A stretch of 64,000 nucleotides of DNA, from NCBI RefSeq assembly GCF_030028105.1, contig NC_092371.1:14715884-14779883 (forward strand), in the 5' to 3' direction. Under the pieces are notes generated by a model. That model saw nothing but the letters and a program-made list of their open reading frames with translations, ran no database searches and was not told the origin of the DNA. Position numbers and translations under genes: made by a program. Shown piece after piece: positions 49,569 through 63,200 of this stretch (its first letter is position 1; each line of letters starts with the position of its first letter). This stretch comes from Mobula birostris (taxonomy: Eukaryota).

Positions 49569-49686
49569 TCCTCCGGACACGTGCAAACAGCGAGCGCCCC
49601 AAAATTCCGACCGAACCATGCGTTGTTCTGCAAACTTCGGGAACTGCTCCGGTTTCAGACTCTGCAAACTGGAGTCTTCAGGTCGG

Positions 49687-49717
49687 TTTATAAATTGGGA
49701 TGTAAATGAGTGGGCGG
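49687..49717 (-). promoter_or_regulatory. IgL copy 2 promoter: GC box, ATTTACAT octamer-like motif and TTTATAAA
   Basis: The - strand reads CCGCCCACTC-ATTTACAT-CCCAA-TTTATAAA, paralogous to 14331-14361. Confidence 0.6.
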
Positions 49718-51589
49718 CGCCAGGAAAATAATGTGGGCGGTGATTAACTTGCTGACCTTCGGAAACTTTGAATGGCCACCTGGCTGATTTAAATCCTTAA
49801 CTGCCAATGTCAACGTTGTTTCATATTCAGTTGTATCACATATCCAGACCTGCAGAACTTTGGACAATACTTAAGTTAAAATTTTAGATATTCTTTCGGC
49901 TGCTTCCCTCAGAAACAATTGGGGTGCTGATTCTGGCACTCGGCCGCTCGTCTCTGCTCAGAATGGCTAATGAGAACAAAATATTTCAAGGTCACATCAA
50001 ATTCCCTATGCCATCCCAGAATTACCACGACAATGCGTAGGTTCCTGTCTGAAAATATGTCGTTCCTGCAGAAGGCAAGTGGCTGCTTTGCTTGTGAGAG
50101 AATAAAGTTTGTCGCTAAAACGCGTAACTCCCAAGCGACAAGTGTTTATTTTTTTCTCTAAAGGCTCTATATCGGGCCTGGGCAGAACTTAATTTAAAGC
50201 CAGGCATTGGGTTTAATCACTGTGCACTAGAACGCAATTAACGCACCAGGGCACCGGTTGCTCTTTCCTGCAGCGAATCTTCCGCGCATCATTATATGGG
50301 AATTGGGGATGTTCAGCAATAATTGCACCGGTGATGCTAACGGCTACAGAAGCTGGAATCTGGAGCAATTCGAAAGAGCAGGAAGAACTGAACGGGTCAG
50401 GTAGCGTCTATGCCGGGAAATAGAGAGTCGCCGTTTACGTCCGAGAACGTTCATCTGAAGTCCCATTCATTTAACCTTCCAGCGTGAGATTTTGAAGCAT
50501 GTAACAAGACTCCGAAAATAGTCAGACAAGACTGGTAGGAGCAAACATTAGTCTGACTACATTAGCTCCAGAAATGGCCCCTGTCAACAAGAAAGGATTT
50601 TACCGCTGGGCCCCGACGTTCTATGATCTTACTTCGCCATCATCATCCAGACGAGGACCCCTGAACAGAAACCACTGATTGATTAAATTGAGGCTTATAA
50701 ATTAGACCGTGGTCACACGCCTCGGATTATAAAATTCAACGCTGATAATAAATTTACTGTCAAAGTGCGGTAAGTCATCATATACAACCCCGAGTTTCAC
50801 TGACTTGAGGGTTTTCACAATAGATAAAAAGGAATGCAATGGAATCAGTGAAAGAGTAAACAGTAAGGCGAACAAACAAACAATGTACAAAATAAGACAA
50901 ACTGTGCAAATACACACAGACAAATAAATACATACATAAATGAATAAATAAATGGATAAATTAATATTACTTTGCCTTACATAAACATTCACTTCACACT
51001 TCATGTCACCCTGTCGATTTTCTGGCCATGTCACGCAGACACCTGTACTAATATCTATTTTCTGACTGCGTGTGTTGGATCATTACTTTATCTAATGTGT
51101 ATGGCTTTATCTACTGTGTTTTTCACCTTGGTCTCAGAAGAAGGGTGATTCGCTTGTGTGCATGTGTATGGATCATTGGCAATAAACTTCAACACGAACT
51201 TGCACACATGACCTCACCCTTTCCACATTGTCTTCGGTAATATGTATCCCTGCCTGTTTTGCTAACCTGTGGACATCAACTCAGTCATTCTGCACTGTCC
51301 TGATAACCCTGATAATCGACAAACATGGCAATATCACACTTCGTTCCCTTGTCCAAGTGTTTGGACATACAGTGTAAACAGCTAGATTTCTTTTTCAGCA
51401 TCTCCTGCGAATCACTTCACAGGCGGCCTGCTGATAATCAACATGCACCGGGCCGCTGATTGCCAAACTCTCTACCGCCTAAGTTATGACACAATTACAA
51501 AGAGGTCACCAAGAGTTTTGCCGATCACGTTTTCTAACCCTGTTTCCCGGATCATATGCAGGCACTTCCTTAATGTGAGGATAGCGAGG

Positions 51590-51933
51590 TTATAATTGAT
51601 CAAAGTTAAAGGAAAATAGTTACCCCGAAGTCACAGGCGGCGAATATCTGGGTGACTGTCAGGAGAAATGGAAATGGGCAGTTAGAGCGGAGAATCCTCT
51701 CAAAGACAAGAATACCGCTTCGGATACTTTGTGGAGGATGACCACCAGTGAGAATGCCACGGCGACCGGGTGGCAGGCGCTGAGCAGGGGTCCGTGGTGT
51801 AGAAGGGAAACAGAGAGCGGCCGTGATAGGGAACTCAATAGAGAGGGCAACAGAGAGGAGGTTCTGTCGACTTGAACGGGACATCCGGATGGTTTGTTGC
51901 CTCCCAGGTGCCAGGGTCAGGACTGTCTCAGAG

Positions 51934-51971
<38 letters not shown>

Positions 51972-53790
51972 GCCAGATTTCTTGGTACATATTGGTACCA
52001 ATGTCATGGGAAACAAAAGAAATGATGTCCTGAAAAGTGAAATTAGAGAACTAGGTAGAAAGCTGAGAAGCAGGACCTCCCGAGTAGTAAATTATGGATT
52101 GCTGCTTGTGCCACGAGCCATTGAAGGTAGAAACAGGAGGACTGTTTGGCAGATAAATACATGGCTGAGAAGCTGCTGCAGCGGGCAGGGGTTCAGGTTC
52201 TTGGATAACTGGATCTCTTCTGGGAGAGGTATGACTTGTTCTAAAGTGATGGATTGCACCTGAACCTGAGAGTGACCAATATTGTCGCGGACAGTTTTTT
52301 TAGGACTGTTGGGGAGAGTTGAAACGAACTTGGCAGGTTGGTGGGAACCGGTGTGACGGGTCTCTGCATAGGATGGATGGTAAAAAGAAGTAAAGATAGT
52401 GTGCTCCTCAGATTGTCAGAACGGGCACTGCAGATGATGGAACTTAGCTGCAGACAGCAGGCTAAGTATCAAATTATTAGGAATGCAGAATCCGAAAGGA
52501 TAGCAAATGCGGTACCCAAGGTGTTGCATCTAAATGCGCGTAGAATAAGAAATAATGTGGACCATCTTGTTAAAATATTACTGATTGCCGGTATGATGTT
52601 GTGTCCAACAGTGAATCGTGGCTGAAGGATGGTTGTACTTGGGCGCTGAATGTCCAAGGTTACACGTTATGTCGGAGGGATAGGAAGGTAGTCAGAGGGG
52701 GTGATCCGGTTCTACTAGTAAGGAGCAGCATAAAATCAGATGTGACATAGGATCGGAAGATGTTGAAACATTGTGGGTGAGTTAAGAAACTAAAATGGTA
52801 AAAGGACAGTGATGGCACTTATGTGCAGGCCTCCCAACGGAAGCTGGAAGGTGGACCACACGTTGCAACAGGAAATAGAAAAGGCGAGTCAAAGGAGCAA
52901 TGTTATAGTAGTTACGTGTGATTTTAAAATGCAGGTCGATTGGGAAAATTAGGTTGGTAATGGATCTCTAGAGATTGAATTTGCTAAATACGTAAGAGAT
53001 AGCTTTTTAGAGCAGTTTTTCGTGGAGCGGACGAGGGGTCAGCTATTCTGGATTGGGCGTTATGTAATGAACCGGAGGTGATTACGGAGCTTAAGGTAAA
53101 AGAACCTTGAGGAAACAGTTCTCGCAATATAATTTTGTTCAACTTGAAATTTGACAGAGAAAAACAGAAGCCTGGTGTAGCTGTATTTCACTGAAGTAAA
53201 GGAACTACAGTGCTATGAGAGAGGAGTTGGCCAAAGTAAATTGGAAGGGGCTGCTGGCCAGCATATCAGTAGAGCAGCAATAAAGTGCGTTTCAGGGGGA
53301 AATGAGGAAGGTGCAGGACATTTGTATTCCAAAAATGAAGAAATAGACAAAAGATAAAAAAGCGCAACTCTGGCTGACAAGGAAGGTCAACGCTATTGTA
53401 CAAGCAAAAGAAAGGGCATACAACAATGCAAAATTTAGTGGGAAGATAGAGGATTGGGAAGTTTCAAAAAACCTACAGAGAGCAACTAAAAAATCATGAG
53501 AAGGGAAAAGATTAAATATGAAAGCAAGACAGGGAATAATATCGATATGGATAGTGAAAGTTTTTTCATGTATTTTAAAAATAAAAGAGAAATGAGAGTG
53601 GATAATGGACTTCTAGAAAAGGAGGCAGAAGAAATCTTAACGGGGGACACGGAGATGGCTGATGAACTAAATGAGTATTTGGCGTCAGTCTTCACTGTGG
53701 AAGACACTATCATGGTGCATTATGGTGTAGTGTGTTAAGGAAGATAAATGAAATTGACAGGTTTTCGATTGGACATGGCATCAAAGATTA
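51590..53790 (+). mobile_element. CR1 LINE, paralog of 10118-13716, with RT region deleted
   Basis: ORF1 esterase peptide IGNSIER...MVCCLPGARV...HIGTNVMG and APE region. It jumps from ~53710 to near the 3' end (ATTGGACATGGCATCAAAGAT). Confidence 0.85.
51938..51967. repeat. (AG)n microsatellite inside CR1 ORF1
   Basis: Direct reading of the sequence. Confidence 0.95.
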
Positions 53791-54017
53791 CTTGACCAAA
53801 AGCACCTTCTTAATCATGCCGCCTGCATATAGTGTTACGTTGTCCTGTAGTCCCAACATATTTCCGGACGACTTCCTTTGCCTTCTCATACAATTTCACC
53901 GACGCTTTATTTATTTACGTTCCAGTATTTGCATTCTCAATGTGAAATTTATCGAAGTTAACCATTCCATTTTAAACTCCTTCTTACATATTTATAGTGG
54001 CAGTTCTGGTGTGTCTT

Positions 54018-54357
54018 AAGCACAAAATATTCTGCAGATGCTGGGGTCAAAGCAACACCCACAACACGCTGGAGGAACTCAGTAGGTCGGGCAGCATCTG
54101 TGGAAACGATCAGTGAATGTTTCGGGCCGGAACCCTTCGTCAGGACTGAAGAGGGAAGGGGCAAAGCCCTTCTTAGTCATGCCGCCTGCATAGAGTGTCA
54201 CGTTGTCCTGTCGTCCCAATATATTTCCGGAAGACCTCCCTTGCCTTCTCATACAATTATAGGGCCTCTGCCCCTTCTCTCTTCAGTCCTGACGAAGTGT
54301 TCCGATCCGAAATGTTGACTGCTAGTTTCCCGGATGCTGCCCGACCTGCTGAGTTCC
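54018..54357. mobile_element. Hairpin Penelope-derived insertion with two hammerhead-like motifs and a 13-bp TSD
   Basis: Inverted arms 54018-54167 and 54259-54357, with TSD TCTGGTGTGTCTT (54005-54017) / TCTGGTGGGTCTT (54358-54370). The empty site in copy 1 is at ~9780-9795. Confidence 0.75.
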
Positions 54358-56007
54358 TCTGGTGGGTCTTCACGTCTCCAACTACGCCACTCCAGCGGGA
54401 TATAGCAAGGGTAAAATATAAGCAAGCTATACTTCCACTGATATTGGTGACACTACAACTAGAGATCATGGTATAAGTGTTGAATGTTTAAAGGGAACAT
54501 CGGGGGAAACCTCTTCTGTAACGAAACCCAATTTCCCTCGGGATTAATAAAGTATGACTATGACTATGAATATGGATGGTGATAGTGTAGACAGAGTTAC
54601 CAAGTGACTTGATGGATGAGGGTCGATTTCAATATTTAAGGGAAATTTGGATGGAGGGAGGGTTATGGATGCCGATGGTCCAGGTGCAGAATTACGGGAC
54701 TAACCGTATTAATAGTTCGGAACAGACTAGATGGACGGAAAGGTCTGATTTGGTGTTATGGTGCTCTATTACTTTATGAAATTCCATGTTTATTTTAATC
54801 GGGTCCTCAGCACTCTGGGGCACAAACAGCAAATTTAACCACATATAGCAGTGATATTATACCTGAGTCTGATGCTGATCCTCACTCTGATGAAGGATGC
54901 TATTAACAGCGACCCACGTAGGGTGCATCAATCTCCCTTCTCTTGTCCATTATTTAGTTAATCACCACCCAGCCTTCATCCTGCCACCATCTGTTGGATT
55001 TTGTTTAATAGATTACAAGGAATTTAATCCAATTAAAAGTTCGACTGATGTGACACGGTATCAATGTCTAATAACGCCACTGTGAAACATAGGCTTCTAT
55101 TTAATTGTGAAATGTTACAGTTCAATATCCTTCAGTTCGGGTAGTGTAAGGCCTGTTCTATCGATTACTTCTTATTGAATATTTAGAGATGGTGACTAAA
55201 ATTTAGAATACGTGTCGTTCATAACCTGGGATATGGTAATGCTCCTGACGGTAGAACACTGGTCAGTCCACTTAACCCCTCCCTCATTCAGTCAGGGGCT
55301 TTCAATTTTCTCTCCCAGGGCCGTGTGATTTGTTTTTAGCCGGCGACCAGGGTCGAGGATGGCATGGATAGATGGATAGGGTCGAACTGTCTGTATTGTG
55401 AGCAGCACTGATGCAGCTGCGAACCACGTCACCTCCCCACGGGACCGGGGCGGTGTTTCCACAGCCTTTAGTTAGCGACAGTTACGCAAATCGCTGCTGT
55501 TTCTGTCCTGTTTGTGAAGTGGTGCAGGTGGCGCGGTCACGTGATCCCGAGACGGTGGGGGCATTGATGAGATACGACTGAACTTTTTTTTTTTTAATTC
55601 TCACAATCTGAGAAACTTCAGTAATAGGAAGAGACACATTCTGAAACCAAATCATAAAAATAAAAGCTTACACAATTGTAATTATTTGTGACAGGAAATG
55701 AATCGTGGGATAGAGGGACAGGGAAAGAGAGAGGTTGAATGAGTTATGGGAAACAGGAGAGACAGAGGGTCAGACAGTGAGAGCGGGGAGGGAGAGAGAG
55801 ATGGGCTGAAAGAAAAAGCGCTGGGAAGTAAGGCAGAATGATTAAGATAAGAATGTGAGCGTAGGGATTGGGTGTGAAAGATGGGGAAAGACAGAAAGGA
55901 CAGAGACGGAAGGAGGGGAGAGAGATAGAGGCAGCAGAGAAAAGGAGAGAACGAAGAGGGAGAGAGGGAAAGCGCGAGGAGCGAGGGGGAGGGAGTATGC
56001 GTGTATG

Positions 56008-56082
<75 letters not shown>
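56008..56082. repeat. Compound (TG)n(AG)n microsatellite
   Basis: Direct reading. The position is paralogous to the N gap at 8064-8200. Confidence 0.95.
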
Positions 56083-56083
<1 letters not shown>

Positions 56084-58829
56084 GCGAGAAGTAGGAGGGA
56101 TAGAGGAGATGATGACTTTCTCAGCTCCGTAGCTGATAAATGTATAACTTTGAAAGCAGCGAACAGAAAACTCATTGAGGAGCGTAAGGGTTTGAGAATA
56201 GCCCAGAGGGTGGTCATGGGCTCGGTATCTCTGTCCATCTCTGAGGAACCCGATAAATGTTTCAATACTAGACACGCAAGGGAATATATAAGTTCACGCA
56301 TAGTCTCGTGCACCTGCTTCGCTGTTATCCAAGATCTGAAATGGTCATAACACCAGCACTGCCCTGCCGATATATGCAGCGCTGTATCACATTGTGCACA
56401 GACATCTATCAGTCTCCTCCTGGACGCTGGTTGGCAACTAAAAATGCACGGGGCATTTGGAGAGAAAATTCATAGGCCCTGACTGAGTAGCGTCACGTCA
56501 TCGTTCTTCATCCTATCCTATCCTCCATCGCACATCCCACCGAAGGAGATTTTGTGTTCTCTTTGTATTAAAATCAGTATCTTGTCTTTTGGTGTTTTCA
56601 CCTTTCAGTTCCCCGAAAACTACTTGATTTCCCTTTCCCGGCCTGTCATAACGCGCCATTTCTCTCCTCCAGAGAGCATGATCAACATGGGGCAATTCGA
56701 TCCGAAGACACACCTGTTTCCTGTACTGAACAACTGTCATCCAACCAAAATGTCCCGTCCGCAAACTCCTTGGAAAAAGCCAACATTATCTCCCTCAGAG
56801 CTTGTTGTACTTGGGTGTCATTGACATGCGAAGGAAGTATGTGATCCTTAGTTTTATTCGTTGTTACTAACTTAAAACATATTTTGTCCTTACATGTCAG
56901 TCCTTACAATAAATAATATTTATTGGAAGCCCTAGGAGTGGTGGTTGTTGAGCCTCACTGACAACCAACTATGGCATAAATTCTCTGTCCATGCCAGCCG
57001 CGACATTTAGACTTACAGAGCTATACAGCACGGAAATAAGCCCTACTGCCCAACTTGACCATTAAACATATCTACCACTGTTCTTCGGATCTCAGTCTCC
57101 GTGTTGGTCGTGCAGTCTTTGCTTCCCTGGGGGAGAGGACTGACTCAAAGACATGACCTTATCTGACTGAATAGTGCCACATCAACAATCTCTCACTGAA
57201 TGTCAGCATAACCAAAGAACAGTTTATTGACTACAGGGGGAGGAAGTCGGAGGTCCTTCAGCCAGTTCTCATCAGGAGATCAGAGTTGTTATCATTTCTG
57301 TCCAGGGTCCAGCCCACTATCGCTATTACAAAGAAGGCACAGCAGGACCCCCACGTTCTTGGAAGTTTGCAAAGCTTTTGCATGATATCTAAAACTCTTA
57401 CAAACTTCTATAGATGCATGATTGGGTCTATACTGACGGCTTGTATCACTGCCTGCAATGGAAACACCAGTACACTTCAACGGAAAAACCTACAAAAAGT
57501 AGTGGATAAAGCCGAGTCAATCACGGGGAAGTCCTCTCCACTATTGAAAACATCTAAAGCGGAGCAGTCGCATGAAAGCAGCAACCATCATCATGGACAC
57601 CCTCCCCACCAACCCCACATGCAAGCCCTGCTCTCTTCTCGTTGATGCCATAAGAAGGATGTACATGAGCCTGAGATCGCATAACACTATGAACATTTGT
57701 TGGACATTATCACCCTCTACTATCATCTTCTACTATCAGACTCTTGAAACAGAGGGAACAACTTCACTGAATCTCATTCACACCAACACTGAACTGATTT
57801 CGTTATCTATGAACACATTTAAGAGCTCTGTAGCTCAGGATCTTAACCTTTATTACGATTTTATTTATTATTATTTTTTGTATTTGCACATTGGTTCATT
57901 GTCCGTCTTTATTGCCTGCCTTTGTTCATTGATTCATTTGCGCTTCTTTGTATTTACTCTGAATGTCCGCAAGAAAATGAATCTCGTAGGGGTATATGAT
58001 GACATATATGAACTTCGATGCTAAATTTACTTTTACTGTGAGGCTCAGAAGGAGTCGTCAAACTTTCTGAAGTTTAGTGAAATGAGAGTCAATCACATTA
58101 CACATTACCATATTGATAGCAAAAGGGACACAAAGTCTGTCATATCTGTTGGGATGGGGGAGATAGGGTGGGGGTTAAGCGATGGTGGACAGGCTGGGAA
58201 ACTGTAATATCACCCAGTTCAGTCAGGAGCTGACAACTGATAAATTTCACTCTCTAATAGCCCCTCCAGATTCCAGGCTGGAATTTATATATGTTTGGAC
58301 ATAACGTGATTCAGTATCATTCATTTTGCCACTGGTGTCCCTCGGACTCTCTATTCCAAAACACTGCCCAGGTTCCTACAATTTAACGCGGAACTTATTG
58401 TAGTTTACCTTCCCAATGTACAACATCCCACGACTACCACTTTCTCTTCCAAATGGTTATTAGAGTCGAGCAATCGTAGAGCCAGCACGTGTCCCTGTTG
58501 TACATCATTGATAGCAGTCATCCAGTGTGTAAAGGGATGCTTCACTACCGCTCTCATCGAATGCCAAACAAACTTTTTTAGGTAATTGGCACACTCATCC
58601 TGGGCCTAAAGTTATCCAGGCTTCCGAATGAGCTTACCATGCGGATCTTCGACAAAGAGCTTGCTAAATACCACCTAAACTCCAAGAGGTCCATTCACAA
58701 AATCCGAGTTCACCACAAAGGCCTTACTCTGGAGTGCTGCCATCCTTCTCTTCGATACATTCCTTCAGTCATCCATTGACTGTTTATTTCTTTCATGCCT
58801 GAAGGCTTATCACGCTTTGCGGTCTTTCC

Positions 58830-59246
58830 CTAATTCAGGCAGATTTCGTGATTGGGGAGCACGCCGACCGCATCAATTTTGCCTCCAACTTCAACGTTGC
58901 TCTCAAATTTACCTGGTCTATCTCCGACACCTCTTTCTCCTTTCTCGAACTCCCTATCTCAATCTTTACAGACAAGCAAATATACTGATATCAATTATAA
59001 ACGTACTCACCCTCACAGCTACCTGGACAATACCTCTTCTCACACGGTTACTTGTGAAATTGCTATCACCTTTTCTCGATTCTTCCGTCTCCGCCGCATC
59101 TGTTCTCAGGATGAGAACAAAGATGTCCTTCTTCTTCAAAGAAAGGGGCTTCTCATCTTCCACCATCAACACTGCCCTCAATCGCATCATTTCCATTTCA
59201 AGTACGTCGGCCCTCACCCTGTTCTCACGCCACCCTACCAGGGATA
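58830..59246 (+). mobile_element. Truncated Penelope-like remnant (paralog of 22215-22600)
   Basis: Peptide YKRTHPHSYLDNTSSHTVTCEIAITFSRFFRLRRICS. Confidence 0.75.
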
Positions 59247-60249
59247 GGGCTGTTAGCAAGTTTTGAGGAAAACGCCACCTGCCTAAAAAGGCGCGGTGGA
59301 AAAGGTGAATGCCTGAGGATTCAGTACAATATAGGCTAGTGTTAGGAATGAAAAACAATTAGTTATTGAAGTGGAATATGTTTGAAATTCCCAGGAGACT
59401 CCCTGTCTCCCCGATGGCCCCATCTGCGCCACGGAAATCGAGATGTAGCTCCTTAGAGACCGTGTTATGGACCTGGAGCTGCAGCTTTCTGGACTTTGGC
59501 TTGATAGTGAAAGTGAAACAATGATAAACAGGAGCTCAGGGAGGTAGTTACCCCAAGGTTATAGGAGAAAGATAAGTAAGTGATTGTCACAAGAGAGAGG
59601 AGAGAACGTTAGATAGTGGAGAACCCCTGTGGCCGTCCACCTAGATAATAAGTACTCCATTTTGACTACTATTGAGGGGGGAACGACCTACCTGGGAGAA
59701 CCAACAGCGGCCGTGCCTCTGGCACAGAGTCTGGCTCTGTGGTTCAGAAGGGTAGGAAACAGAAGTGGATGTGCAAAAGTAATACGGGACTCCATAGTCA
59801 GGGTGAACAGATAGGCGATTCTGGGACGCAACAATGAAACATGGATGGTAGTTTGTCTCACAGGTCCAGGATCCGAGATGATTCTGGACGTATCCGTAAT
59901 ATCCTGAAAAGTGGAGGTGGGCAGCCAGAGGTACTGGTATATATTATGAAACGTTAAAAAAAATAGGTATTGACAGAGATCTAGAAAATTATCAACCTAG
60001 CAAGAAGGAGCTGAAGTATGAAATGAGGAGAGCCAGAAGGGGCCATGAAGAGGCCTTGGTGAGCAGCATTAAGGAAAACCCCAAGGCATTCTACAATTAT
60101 ATGAAGAGCAAGAGGATAAGATGTGAGAGAATAGGACCAATCAAGCGTGACAGTGGAACAGTATGTATGAAACCGGAGGAGATAGCGGAGGTACTTAATA
60201 CATACTTTGCTTCAATATTCAGTACGGAAAAGGATCTTGGCGATGGTGG

Positions 60250-63200
60250 AAAGCGGCCAGTGAGTGAGTGGGCCAGTGAAGTAGTGGTGCTTTGAGGCTT
60301 TGACTCGAGAGGCTTCGACGAGAAGAGGCGGAGGACGAGCTTGCTCGCAGTTAGTCTTTACGGTGCCTCCTGAGACGGTGATGTGCCTCTCATGTGAGAT
60401 GTGGCAGTCTTGGGGGCACGCCCCTCTCCACGGAGTCACATCCACCAGAAGTGCATACAGCTGGGCGATCTGGAAGACCATGTAAGGAATCTGGAGCAGC
60501 AGCTGGATGACCTTCCACTCATAAGGGAGAATGAGGCAGTCATAGATGAGAGCTACAGGGAGGTAGTCACACCTAGGCTATCGGAAGCAGGTAGTTGGGT
60601 GACAGTCAGAGGGAGGAAAGCGAAGGTGAGCAGACAGGTAATACACAGCACCCCTATAGCTATTCCCGTGAATAATAAGTTTATCGTCCTGGATACTGTT
60701 GGCGGGGACGACCGACCAGGTGTGACCCACGGTGGCAGGGCCTCCGGCACTGAGTCTGACCCGGTGGTGCAGAAGGGTGGGACGGAGAAGAGGAGAGCTG
60801 TCGTCATAGGAGACTCTATAGTCAGGGGAGCAGACAGGAGATTTTGTGGACGTGAGAAGGACACCCGCATGGTTTGTTGCCTCCCGGGTGACAGGGTCCG
60901 GGATGTCTCTGACCGGGTGCACGATATCCTCGTACGAGAGAGAAAGCAACCAGAAGTCCTAATGCATGTAGGGACCAACGACATTGGCAGGAAGAGAGTT
61001 GAGGTCCTGCAGTCTGAGTTTCGGGAACTAGGGAGAAGGCTGAAGAACAGGGCCTCAAGGGTGGCCTTCTCAGGATTGCTGCCAGTGCTACCGGACAGTG
61101 ATGGTAAGATTTGGAGGAGATGGCAGTTGAATGCGTGGCTGAGGAGTTGGTGCACGGAGCAGGGTTTTAGATTTTTAGATCATTGGGATCTCTTCTGGGG
61201 AAGGTGGGACCTGTAGAGATTGGACGGGTTGCAACTGAACCCGACGGGGAGCAATACCCTTGCAGTCAGGTTTGCTAGCATGGTTCGGGAAGGTTTAATC
61301 TAATTTGCAAGGGGGATGGGACTCAGAGCGATAGAGAAGTGAAAGAAGTGCATGGAGTAAAGCCAGATCTAACATATAGAGAGGCTTTGAGGAAAGAGAA
61401 GCAGAATAAACGGTGTAAAGGCAGTAAAATAGAAGAGCTGAAGTGTGTGTACCTCATTGCAAGAAGCATCAGGAACAAAAGTGATGAACTGAGAGCTTGG
61501 ATATATATATATATGGAATTATGAGGTAGTGGCTATTACAGAGACTTGGCTGGCACCAGGGCAGGAACGGATTCTCAATATTCCTGGATTTCCGTGCTTT
61601 AAAAGGGATAGAGAGGGCGGAAAAAGGAGAGGAGGGGTGGAATTACTGGTCAAGGATAATATTACAGCTACAGAAAGGGTGGGTAATGTAGCAGGATACT
61701 CTTCTGACTCAGTATAGGTGGAAGTCTGAAACAGGAAGAGAGCAATTAGTCCATTGGAGATATTCTATAGGCCCCCTGGTAGCAGCAGAGATACAGAGGA
61801 GCAGGTTGGGAGGCAGATTTTGGAAAGGTGCAAAACTAACAGGGTTGTTATCATGGGTGACTTCAACTTCCCTAATATTGATTGGCACCTGATTAGTTAC
61901 AAGGGTTTAGATGGGGCAGAGTTTGTTAAGTGTGTCCAGGACGGATGCCTCTCACAGTATGTGGACAGGCCGACTAGGGGAAATGCCATACTAGATATAG
62001 TACTAGGTAATGAACAGGGTCAGGTCACAGATCTCTCAGTGGGTGAGCATCTGGGGGACGGTGACCACTGCTCCCTGGCCTTTAGCATTTTCATGGAAAA
62101 GGATAGAATCAGAGAGGACAGGACAAGTTTTAATTGGGGAAGGGCAAATTATGAGGCTATAAGGCTAGAACTTGCGGTGTGAATTGGGATAATATTTCTG
62201 CAGAGAAATATACTATGGACATATGGTCGATGTTTAGAGATCTCTTGCAGGATGTTAGGGATAAATTTGTCCCGGTGAGGAAGATAAAGAACGGTAGGGT
62301 GAAGGAACCATGGGTGACAAGTGAGGTGGAAAATCTAGTGAGGTGGAAGAAGGCAGCATGCATGAGGTTCAGGAAGCAAGGATCAGATGGGTCTATTGAG
62401 GAATATCGGGAAGCAAGAAGAGAGCTTAAGAAGGGGCTGAGAAGGGCAAGAAGGGGGCATGAGAAGGCCTTGGCGAGTAGGGTAAAGGAAACCCCCAAGG
62501 CATTCTTCAATTATGTGAAGAAAAAAGGGATGACAGGAGTGAAGGTAGGACCGATTAGAGATAAAGGTGGGAAGATGTGCCTGGAGGCTGTGGAAGTGAG
62601 CGAGGTCCTCAATGAATACTTCTCCTCGGTATTCACCAATGAGAGGGAACTTGATGATGGTGAGGACAATATGAGTGAGGTTCATGTTCTGGAGCATATT
62701 GATATTAAGGGAGAGGAGGTGTTGGAGTAGTTAAAATAAATTAGGACGGATAAGTCCCAGGGGCCTGACGGAATATTCCCCAGGCTTTTCCACAAGGCGA
62801 GGGAAAAGATTGCTGAGCCTCTGGCTAAGACCTTTATGCCCTCATTGTACAAGGGAATGGTACAGGAGGATTGGAGGGAGACGAATGTTGTCCCCTTGAT
62901 CGAAAAAGGTAGTAGGGATAGTCCGGGTAATTATAGACCAGTGAGCCTTACGACAGTGGTGGGAAAGCTTTTGGAAAAGATTCTTAGGGATAGGATCTAT
63001 GGGCATTTAGAGAATCATGGTCTTAGCAGGGACAGTCAACATGGCTTTGTGAAGGGCAAATCGTGTCTAATAACTCTGATAGAGTTCTTTGAGGAGATGA
63101 CCAGGCATATAGATGAGGGTAGTGCAGTGGTCGTGGGCTGAGAAGTGGCAGATTGTGTTCAATCCGCAGAAGTGTGAGGTGGTACACTTTGGAAGGACAA

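Larger units (their letters stand above)
42140..59245 (-). repeat. Segmental duplication arm 2, containing IgL copy 2
   Basis: Collinear inverted paralog of ~3600-22015. Confidence 0.9.

Noticed and set aside
55682-56350. 160-197 aa ORFs on both strands (also 7992-8520)
   Set aside because: They are artefacts of purine/pyrimidine tracts, microsatellites and the N gap.
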